Origin: a bacterium
GTDB taxonomy: Bacteria > Patescibacteriota > Microgenomatia > Levybacterales > UBA12049
Reading direction: 5' to 3'
DNA: 64,000 nt
Assembly: GCA_021777565.1 (NCBI GenBank)
Contig: JAJYDJ010000001.1
Coordinates: 88,431 to 152,430, forward strand
Shown: in pieces, positions 18,837-25,414 of the stretch
Position numbering within the stretch: the first letter of the stretch is position 1
Layout: every line of letters starts with the position of its first letter
Position numbers and translations under genes: made by a program
The notes under the pieces: generated by a model
Database searches by the model: none
The model's input: only the letters and a program-made list of their open reading frames with translations
Told to the model about the DNA's origin: nothing

Positions 18837-19053
18837 AACAAAAGATCTTGCAGAGGCTAGCTTTCTGCTTGCAAATGGTAAAAAATTACTCCTCCTTGAA
18901 AGAGATGGTAGAGTTTGCTGGTTTGTCTACCCTGATCGAACAGAGTGTGAAACTTTAGTAAGTTCCTTCTGGTTCAATGATGCTGTTGTTAATGCTAAGA
19001 ATTTCTATGATGCTATCCAGATGCTAAAAGGGCGTATTTTTTCACAAATTTAA
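18820..19053 (+). CDS. DUF5659-like small phage/element protein
   Basis: YKTKDLAEASFLLA..WFVY..VNAKNFYDAIQMLK pattern. Confidence 0.65.
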   Translation: MKNAYKTKDLAEASFLLANGKKLLLLERDGRVCWFVYPDRTECETLVSSFWFNDAVVNAKNFYDAIQMLKGRIFSQI

Positions 19054-19069
19054 TATTTTTGACTTGAAT

Positions 19070-19432
19070 ATGAAAGATGTAAATGAAATATTAAAAACAC
19101 TACCAGTTAACAGTAGTAAAGGCGATAAGCCTACAGTTAACAGTAATACAGTTAACTGTAGTGATAAAAATTTTACTCAAAAGCTTGAAGACTTACTTCA
19201 GGAAGAAAATTTAGACAGCGAAGGAAAAGCGCTCTTATTTGCTCAAGAATTAGACGACAAGAAGAGTCTTGCTTGGTATAAGTTACTTATTAGAGAACAT
19301 GATAATACAAAGCTATTTGAGGCTCTTTCGTATGTTAAACATGCATATCGTGAAGGGAAAATTAAAACCACAAGAGCACACTATTTTAGGGGTATTTTAA
19401 TTAGATGGAAATTTAAGGTAAAATTTTCCTAA
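19070..19432 (+). CDS. Putative replication-initiator C-terminal-like protein with internal iteron-like repeats
   Basis: N/S/T-rich repeat segment followed by a helical domain ending AHYFRGIL. Confidence 0.5.
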   Translation: MKDVNEILKTLPVNSSKGDKPTVNSNTVNCSDKNFTQKLEDLLQEENLDSEGKALLFAQELDDKKSLAWYKLLIREHDNTKLFEALSYVKHAYREGKIKTTRAHYFRGILIRWKFKVKFS

Positions 19433-19433
19433 T

Positions 19434-20960
19434 ATGCTTCGCTATTTTATTTATTGTCGTAAGTCTTCTGAAGCGAGGGATCGGCAGGCACTCTCTATTG
19501 AAGCACAGAGAAGAGAGTTATCAGAATACGCCGAACGAAATAATTTGAAGGTTGTACAGATATTTGAAGAATCACAGTCTGCATATAAGTTAGGTCGTCC
19601 GATCTTCGATAAAATGATGAAAATGTGTGGGGAAGGATTGGCGAACGGAATACTCACTTGGAAGCCCGACAGACTCGCTAGAAACGCCCTAGACGGTGGT
19701 AAAGTCATTCAAGCACTAGATGATAAGGTTCTGCAAGAAATACGCACTCCATACGAAATATTTAAGCAAGAAGATAATCGTATGATGCTCTACGTGTTAT
19801 TTGGTATGTCCAATGACTTCTCACGACAAATTAGTGCAAATGTGAAGCGCGGGAATAGACAGAAGTATGTGAGAGGAGAATTCCTCGGAAAAGCTCCGGT
19901 AGGATATGTAAATGCTCAAATTGGTAACTCTCGTAATATCGTTCCAGACCCCGCAAAAGCCCCACTGGTAAGAAAACTGTTTGAGGAGTACTCGACAGGG
20001 AAATATTCAGTGATGCAAATTCTTACCATGGCACATGATCTCAATCTCACGTCTGTTTTTGGGAATAAATTTGTCAAAAGTGAGATGTATAGAGTCCTTA
20101 AATGTCCTGTCTATTACGGGGTATTTCAACATGGAGGAGAATTTCATAAAGGAAGCTATGAACCACTCATTTCTAAAGAATTATATAATAAAGTGCAAGA
20201 TGTTCTGGCAAATAGAAGTAAGCCGAAAAAACAAGATTGGATACATCCTTACATCGGCCTTATCAAATGTAAAAACTGTGGATGTGCGATCACTTGTACA
20301 ACAAAAGTGAAGCGATATAAACGCACAAATCGCACCGCTTCTTATACCTATTACCATTGTACAAAAAGAAGAGGCCCTTGTGACCAGTCAGCTGTTACCG
20401 AGAGTGAACTAGAGCGAATGCTTTATGAGCAAGTCGCTCAAATACATATTGATAAAGAGATTTGGGATTTAGGAGTGGAGTTATTAAAAGCAAAACATTC
20501 AAATGAATTTCAAGAGCATGAAAAACTAAAATTTAGTTTGACATTCGAAATTGAGAAGTTAGATAAGTGTTTAGAAAAACTTCTGACCATGCGTTTGAAT
20601 GAAGAGATTACGGCAAGTGAGTATGCAGATCAGAAGAAAGTGTTTATCGATAAAAGATTAGAGCTTCAGGAAAAAATGAATGACAGAGATCATTCAACCT
20701 CAAATTGGTTGGAACTCGCTGAAAACTTCTTTGAGACGGCATATCACGCACGAGAGGTCATGGAAAGTGATGATATGGATGCAAAGAGGGAATTAGTGCA
20801 AACTGTCGGTTGGAACCTCTTTTTAGACAATCAAAAACTCGAATTTAGCTTCAAAAAACCGTATGATGTACTACTCGTACCTGAAATAAAGGATAACGTG
20901 CAGGGGTGGAGGGAATCGAACCCCCAGTCGCGGTTTTGGAGACCGCTGGTTTACCGTTAA
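19434..20960 (+). CDS. Large serine recombinase (resolvase + recombinase + Zn-ribbon + coiled coil)
   Basis: YCRKSSE catalytic Ser, DRLARN, KAPVGY, CKNCGC..YYHC..C; last 17 codons are antisense tRNA-Trp. Confidence 0.95.
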   Translation: MLRYFIYCRKSSEARDRQALSIEAQRRELSEYAERNNLKVVQIFEESQSAYKLGRPIFDKMMKMCGEGLANGILTWKPDRLARNALDGGKVIQALDDKVLQEIRTPYEIFKQEDNRMMLYVLFGMSNDFSRQISANVKRGNRQKYVRGEFLGKAPVGYVNAQIGNSRNIVPDPAKAPLVRKLFEEYSTGKYSVMQILTMAHDLNLTSVFGNKFVKSEMYRVLKCPVYYGVFQHGGEFHKGSYEPLISKELYNKVQDVLANRSKPKKQDWIHPYIGLIKCKNCGCAITCTTKVKRYKRTNRTASYTYYHCTKRRGPCDQSAVTESELERMLYEQVAQIHIDKEIWDLGVELLKAKHSNEFQEHEKLKFSLTFEIEKLDKCLEKLLTMRLNEEITASEYADQKKVFIDKRLELQEKMNDRDHSTSNWLELAENFFETAYHAREVMESDDMDAKRELVQTVGWNLFLDNQKLEFSFKKPYDVLLVPEIKDNVQGWRESNPQSRFWRPLVYR

Positions 20961-20971
20961 CCGACACCCCC
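20901..20971 (-). tRNA. tRNA-Trp(CCA), 3' CCA not encoded
   Basis: GGGGGTG acceptor; anticodon arm GCGGT-CTCCAAA-ACCGC; T-arm GGGGG-TTCGATT-CCCTC. Confidence 0.95.
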
Positions 20972-20992
20972 GTATTGATCGTATTTTAGCAT

Positions 20993-21015
20993 AAAAAAAC
21001 CTCGCTGTGCGAGGT
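20993..21015 (-). terminator. Intrinsic terminator after rpmG
   Basis: ACCTCGC-ACA-GCGAGGT followed by a T-tract on the minus strand. Confidence 0.75.
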
Positions 21016-21040
21016 CGTGCGTGAGATATGATCTCTCAAA

Positions 21041-21220
21041 TTACTTCAGTTTTTCAACTTCTTTGTGCTCAGTAACCTTACGGCACTTACTGCAGAACTT
21101 GCTTAGCTTCAATTTGTCAGGTGTATTGACACGGTTTCTTTCCGTGACGTAATTACGATGCTTACACACCGTGCACACGAGGCCAATTTGGAAACGATTC
21201 TCACCTTTTTTCTTTGCCAT
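21041..21220 (-). CDS. rpmG: 50S ribosomal protein L33 (Zn-binding C+ form)
   Basis: MAKKKGENR..LVCTVC..NYVT..L.LSKFCSKCRKVTEHKE. Confidence 0.95.
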   Translation of the reverse strand: MAKKKGENRFQIGLVCTVCKHRNYVTERNRVNTPDKLKLSKFCSKCRKVTEHKEVEKLK

Positions 21221-21284
21221 GACGATATTATATCGCAAATTTTGTCTTGTGGCTAGATGGGGGTTTTTGGTACAATACGAAGGT

Positions 21285-21359
21285 GCCGACATAGCTCAGC
21301 GGTAGAGCAGCTGTTTTGTAAACAGCAGGTCATCAGTCCGAATCTGATTGTCGGCTCCA
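21285..21359 (+). tRNA. tRNA-Thr(TGT) with encoded CCA
   Basis: GCCGACA acceptor; GCTGT-TTTGTAA-ACAGC; T-loop TCCGAAT. Confidence 0.93.
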
Positions 21360-21385
21360 ATCTGTTATAATGTTCCATACGTAAT

Positions 21386-21473
21386 GCTGAGTTGGCGGAG
21401 CAGTCAATCGCACCTGACTGTAGATCAGGCGACCGGAAGGTCTACGGGAGTGCAAATCTCTCACTCAGCACCA
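21386..21473 (+). tRNA. tRNA-Tyr(GTA), long variable arm, encoded CCA
   Basis: GCTGAGT acceptor; CCTGA-CTGTAGA-TCAGG; variable arm GACC-GGAA-GGTC; T-loop TGCAAAT. Confidence 0.92.
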
Positions 21474-21475
21474 AT

Positions 21476-21547
21476 GCCGATGTGGCTCAGTGGTAGAGCA
21501 TCTTCTTGGTAAGAAGAAGGTCATGGGTCCGATTCCCATCATCGGCT
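21476..21547 (+). tRNA. tRNA-Thr(GGT), CCA not encoded
   Basis: GCCGATG acceptor; TCTTC-TTGGTAA-GAAGA; T-loop TCCGATT. Confidence 0.93.
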
Positions 21548-21567
21548 CTGCGAGAATCACGAAAATA

Positions 21568-22128
21568 TTATTTCTGCACTATTTGGGCTCCAGCAGGAAG
21601 ATTGAAGAGATCATCAGAAAGATTTGTTTCATTCTGGCAATATTTGTCAAAACCGGCCGTTGGGTTGGACAGTGTCTGGGCAAGGTTCATCTGAATGGTA
21701 CTTGCCATGGAGGCATTATTATTGGTGATTTCGTTCATGATGATTTGCCCAAAGTCTGACTGCTGCTTGTTGGTATAGGCGGTGACACTGGTGGATCCAG
21801 GAATCCATGAGTAAAGGGCATTATCCTTAAATACCACAATTTTGTTGGTGGCACCTTGAGAGAGAATCTTTGCTTTCCCTTGCTTGAGATCTAAGTGCAG
21901 TGAGAGGGTTGGGGAAACTTGCATCTCACATGATGCTTGGACTGCCTGCAAGTCCTGCTGTTGATTGGATGGGGTGACGGTTGGAGCCTTGGCTCTGTTT
22001 TGTGTCGGCAGGCCACTTGCGCGAGATACATACCCAATACCTGCGGTAAGGATACAAATCCCGATAAGGAGCACAAGATAGCGCGCGATATACATAGATG
22101 ATTGCTTTTTGGCCAGTGATACTGGCAT
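21568..22128 (-). CDS. Membrane-anchored exported hypothetical protein
   Basis: N-terminal TM; LYSW; C-terminal C...DDLFNLP motif. Confidence 0.7.
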   Translation of the reverse strand: MPVSLAKKQSSMYIARYLVLLIGICILTAGIGYVSRASGLPTQNRAKAPTVTPSNQQQDLQAVQASCEMQVSPTLSLHLDLKQGKAKILSQGATNKIVVFKDNALYSWIPGSTSVTAYTNKQQSDFGQIIMNEITNNNASMASTIQMNLAQTLSNPTAGFDKYCQNETNLSDDLFNLPAGAQIVQK

Positions 22129-22139
22129 AGGATAATTTC

Positions 22140-22311
22140 GCTCTTTTCAGTCGAGATTGTAACCTGCTTTTCCCCGAGTGGTTATTCTAGGAAGGAGGTC
22201 TGTATAGACACGTCCATACAAAACAATTCCTCATGTCCGTTTTTAGGCGGATTACCATCGCTGAAAAGGTATAGAGGAAAAAATCCTAGGTTACCTCCAA
22301 CATCAAAGAGC
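22140..22311 (-). ncRNA. Putative 6S-like RNA (rod with central bubble)
   Basis: End-to-end pairing GCTCTTT/AAAGAGC, GTAACCT/AGGTTAC, TTTTCCTC/GGGGAAAA; ~172 nt; own sigma70-type promoter. Confidence 0.5.
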
Positions 22312-22317
22312 AACTTT

Positions 22318-22347
22318 ATTCTGGCAAATACAAGAGGGGTATGTCAA
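22318..22347 (-). promoter_or_regulatory. Sigma70-type promoter for the 6S-like RNA
   Basis: TTGACA (22347-22342), 18 nt, TGc-CAGAAT (22323-22318). Confidence 0.55.
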
Positions 22348-22362
22348 TGTGTCTTGGGGAGA

Positions 22363-22635
22363 CTACTTAATAATATTCACATTAGGGTCAGCTTGGACTG
22401 TGGTTGGAGTAGCTACGGGCGTATTGGCCATTTTGATCTTTGTCGCCACACCCAAAACAGCCCTCTGTGTCCCTTGTGCAACGGCAAGAAGAGGGACAAT
22501 GAGAATAAGGCTTAACCCAAGACTAATAAGAAGTTTTTTCCATAAAGAAATATCATTATTTCGATGATGAACAACCGTCTTTGAAACAGACTTCGCAGTG
22601 TGTTTTTTCACTCCTTTTATTTTCTTAGCAGGCAT
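22363..22635 (-). CDS. Small basic membrane protein
   Basis: K-rich N-terminus, one TM, VLGVAT motif. Confidence 0.6.
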   Translation of the reverse strand: MPAKKIKGVKKHTAKSVSKTVVHHRNNDISLWKKLLISLGLSLILIVPLLAVAQGTQRAVLGVATKIKMANTPVATPTTVQADPNVNIIK

Positions 22636-22691
22636 TAATATCAGCTTAACAAGTGTAATTCACGCTTGTCAATGGGGAATTGTGGTCTGTG

Positions 22692-23333
22692 TTACATGCC
22701 CATAATGCTGCGGGCACTGATGAAGAGTTGATACAGAAATTGTTGCAGTGAAAATCCACCGATTGGAAAGGAAAGAAGGATTAAAAGAATAAAGATTCCA
22801 ATAGACCCGATGGAAAGATAGGCGTCAGCTTCTCTGCGTGGTAGCAGTAAGGAAAAGATTTTGGATCCATCAAGCGGTGGGATGGGGAGAAGATTAAAAA
22901 TCGCTAGAAATAGATTGTATGTAAAAATGATTGTCAGGAGAACATCAGCGATAGTAAAAAAGATACCGCCGATATGGATAAAGATAAGTGCCTTCAGGAT
23001 AAGAGCGGCACTGATAGCAATAAGTACGTTCGTTAAGGGTCCAGCAAGAGCAACGATAGCCACATCTTTACGCCCTTCTTTGAGATTAAATTCATCAATA
23101 GGCACCGGCTTGGCGCCGCCAAAAATAACGGGAGAACCGCTCAAAAGAAGGAGGGAAGGCAAAATAATACTCATGAACGGGTCAATGTGTTTTCTTGGGT
23201 CAAGCGTAAGCCTTCCTGAGAGCCTGGCAGTTGGGTCACCAAGGCGTTCTGCGACATATCCATGGGCAATTTCATGCAGAATTGCTGAGAAGAGAAGGAC
23301 AGGCAGACCGATGATAAGTTGTACTATGTCCAT
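22692..23333 (-). CDS. Site-2 protease (peptidase M50)
   Basis: HEIAHG, AGPLTN, FNLLPIPPLDG. Confidence 0.95.
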   Translation of the reverse strand: MDIVQLIIGLPVLLFSAILHEIAHGYVAERLGDPTARLSGRLTLDPRKHIDPFMSIILPSLLLLSGSPVIFGGAKPVPIDEFNLKEGRKDVAIVALAGPLTNVLIAISAALILKALIFIHIGGIFFTIADVLLTIIFTYNLFLAIFNLLPIPPLDGSKIFSLLLPRREADAYLSIGSIGIFILLILLSFPIGGFSLQQFLYQLFISARSIMGM

Positions 23334-23356
23334 AGAATAATTCTTCTTAAGAAAAT

Positions 23357-23384
23357 GAGATTCTTCGCTGCGCTCAGAATGACA
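23357..23384. repeat. Solo REP-like short palindromic element
   Basis: GAGATTCTTCGCTGCGCTCAGAATGACA, matching the widespread GTCATTCTGAGCGxAGCGAAGAATCT repeat type. Confidence 0.65.
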
Positions 23385-23426
23385 AGGCGCATTGAGTTTT
23401 CCTTGTACCTATGATATCATACTCCC

Positions 23427-23621
23427 ATGGCAATGCGATGTATGAACTGCGACAAAGGCGTGCAATATGGGCACAAGGTAAGTCATGCCAAAAATCGTAC
23501 TAACCGTGTTTTTAAACCTAATTTGCACTCAGTACGTGTAAAAGTAGGAACTACTTTTCGTCGTATGAAACTCTGCACCAAGTGTCAGAGAATTGTAAAA
23601 TCTGCCACCGCTACGGTGTAA
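23427..23621 (+). CDS. rpmB: 50S ribosomal protein L28
   Basis: CMNCDKG..G.KVSHAKNRTNRVFKPNL..LCTKC. Confidence 0.95.
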   Translation: MAMRCMNCDKGVQYGHKVSHAKNRTNRVFKPNLHSVRVKVGTTFRRMKLCTKCQRIVKSATATV

Positions 23622-23622
23622 T

Positions 23623-24042
23623 ATGGCTTCTTCTGAAGGTACTTCTGGCTCAACGGATTTCGTCTCAATTTGTCCTGCTGGTCTTGATGCCCTCGTTGAC
23701 GCTCAACAGGTGGGTGTGCAGCGCTCGTTTCAGCTTCCAAGTGGTGACCACATGCTTGTGGTAGCCGAAAGTTGGGAAGTAGCAGGACCGTGTGCACTCA
23801 TTCCAATGGCTTTAAATGGGGAGGAACGTGCAGATGTCAGTGATCTTGGGGGGTATGCACAGGTGTTACCAAATGCCATGCACGAGTATCCTGATGCTGG
23901 GGAAGATGAGGATACCAGAACCCTGGATGAGGCAGTGAACGCAACTGCAAGTGGACAAACATTATGTTCCCGCCGATGTGGTAGGTGTGGACTGGTGGTA
24001 TCAGCGATGTCACTAGGCCCTGAGACCAAGGATGATGAGTAA
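23623..24042 (+). CDS. Hypothetical acidic Cys-containing orphan
   Basis: 139-aa ORF starting 1 nt after the rpmB stop; CSRRCGRC; overlaps the fmt 3' end. Confidence 0.5.
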   Translation: MASSEGTSGSTDFVSICPAGLDALVDAQQVGVQRSFQLPSGDHMLVVAESWEVAGPCALIPMALNGEERADVSDLGGYAQVLPNAMHEYPDAGEDEDTRTLDEAVNATASGQTLCSRRCGRCGLVVSAMSLGPETKDDE

Positions 24043-24855
24043 CTCTCCGCCTTTGCTGTAGCCATTGAGGAAGTCCTTGAACCCTACGGCCTTTTTCCCT
24101 TCTACTTGAATTTTTTCTCCCGGAAGAAGCTTGATAACTTTTTCTCCATTCCCATCAAGATCGTACGTAAACCACACCCCAGGCCATGGATAGTATGCTC
24201 TGATCATCCGATCAAGCGTTTCGGGGGCTGGAGGAGTTTCTAGATCAATATGACCAGATGCGCGGTCTAGCATTGGAGTAAAAGTTGCCTTATCATGCTC
24301 CTGTTCTGTTGGCATCACATCTTTGCCTTCCTGGATCATATCGAGTGTCTCCTGAAGGACAGGGATGCTTGCCTTGAAAAGGATGTCATAGAGTTCTGGA
24401 GTCGTAATGTTTTGTGGGATTGTTGCCTGTGCTTGTCCAAACAAGGGGCCATGATCCATCTTCGCATCTAGGCGCATCACGCTCACACCGGTTTCTTTTT
24501 GTCCGTCAAGAAGAGCCTGCTGAACGGGTGTAGAGCCCCGATAGTGAGGAAGAAGGGACGGGTGAATGTTAATAATGCCATAAGGAAAGATATCCAGAAG
24601 CGACTGTGGAACAATGAGTCCAAAGCTTGCCAGCACGGCAACAGGCGCATCAATGGTTTTTATCTGCTTCTGTACGTCAGGAGACTTCACTGAGTCAACT
24701 GAAAGAAATGGAATAGCCTGTTCTGTACAGTATCCAACAACTGGATGATGGGACTGCCTCTCGGTCGTTACAACAAGTGCTAACTCATAGTTTTTTTGTA
24801 AAAACTCAATAACTGGGAGAACATAGGCAGAACTACCAAAAAAAACTACTTTCAT
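24013..24855 (-). CDS. fmt: Methionyl-tRNA formyltransferase
   Basis: NIHPSLLPHYRGSTP, TGVSVM..MDHGP, IRAYYPWPG. Confidence 0.95.
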   Translation of the reverse strand: MKVVFFGSSAYVLPVIEFLQKNYELALVVTTERQSHHPVVGYCTEQAIPFLSVDSVKSPDVQKQIKTIDAPVAVLASFGLIVPQSLLDIFPYGIINIHPSLLPHYRGSTPVQQALLDGQKETGVSVMRLDAKMDHGPLFGQAQATIPQNITTPELYDILFKASIPVLQETLDMIQEGKDVMPTEQEHDKATFTPMLDRASGHIDLETPPAPETLDRMIRAYYPWPGVWFTYDLDGNGEKVIKLLPGEKIQVEGKKAVGFKDFLNGYSKGGELLIILGLRA

Positions 24856-25394
24856 ATCTTCATCTCATCAAACACTTCTTCACCACTACTGTCTTTGTGA
24901 GACTTATACAGTGTATTCCCTTGCTCTATGACATGTCGAGGGAAGAGAATGCCTTGTAAATGGTCATATTCATGCTGGAGAATGACTGCAAAGAAGCCGG
25001 TAAACGTTTTTTCATGATGCTCACCATTCTCATCTGTCCAGGATGCTTTTACTTTTGGTGCACGACGGACTTTCCCCCAGATATTTTTCAGTGACAGACA
25101 GCCTTCCATATAGCGGGGGATTTTATTGGGTTTTTTGTCTGCGTCTTTGGGATAGATAGGGGTAATAATAGGATTAATAAAAACAAAAAATGGCGCTTCA
25201 GGGTCTTCTTTCACTAGAAAGAGCTGGATGCTGTGCCCAACTTGTGGTGCGGCCAGACCAATACCTTCAGGATCATACTGATCAAGAAGTGTTTTTTTCA
25301 TTTCTTTAACAAGTTTTTTGATAGAGGCGTCGACATGTTCAACCGGTTTGGCAGTTGTTGCAAGAACTGGATCTGGGGATTGGATTATTTTCAT
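24852..25394 (-). CDS. def: Peptide deformylase
   Basis: GIGLAAPQVG, EGCLS, QHEYDHLQG. Confidence 0.97.
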   Translation of the reverse strand: MKIIQSPDPVLATTAKPVEHVDASIKKLVKEMKKTLLDQYDPEGIGLAAPQVGHSIQLFLVKEDPEAPFFVFINPIITPIYPKDADKKPNKIPRYMEGCLSLKNIWGKVRRAPKVKASWTDENGEHHEKTFTGFFAVILQHEYDHLQGILFPRHVIEQGNTLYKSHKDSSGEEVFDEMKI

Positions 25395-25414
25395 GGTGCT
25401 ATTATAACATAGCG

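Larger units (their letters stand above)
9834..20906. mobile_element. Composite serine-recombinase genomic island at the tRNA-Trp 3' end; two tandem units, ~9835-13884 and ~13885-20899
   Basis: Core GCAGGGG at 9835, 13885 and 20900; shared arm GCAGGGGCTAGTG at 9835-9847 and 13885-13897; recombinase abuts the tRNA; AT-richer cargo. Confidence 0.85.

Noticed and set aside
9659-20916. Treating the 18-bp tRNA repeat as the sole attL of one simple tRNA-restoring island
   Set aside because: It does not explain the two additional GCAGGGG-CTAGTG junctions. A serine recombinase needs only a short core, so the multi-unit model fits better. The simple model is not fully excluded.
21490-21759. ORFs overlapping tRNA-Thr(GGT)
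   Set aside because: Shadow frames of the tRNA and of the minus-strand gene
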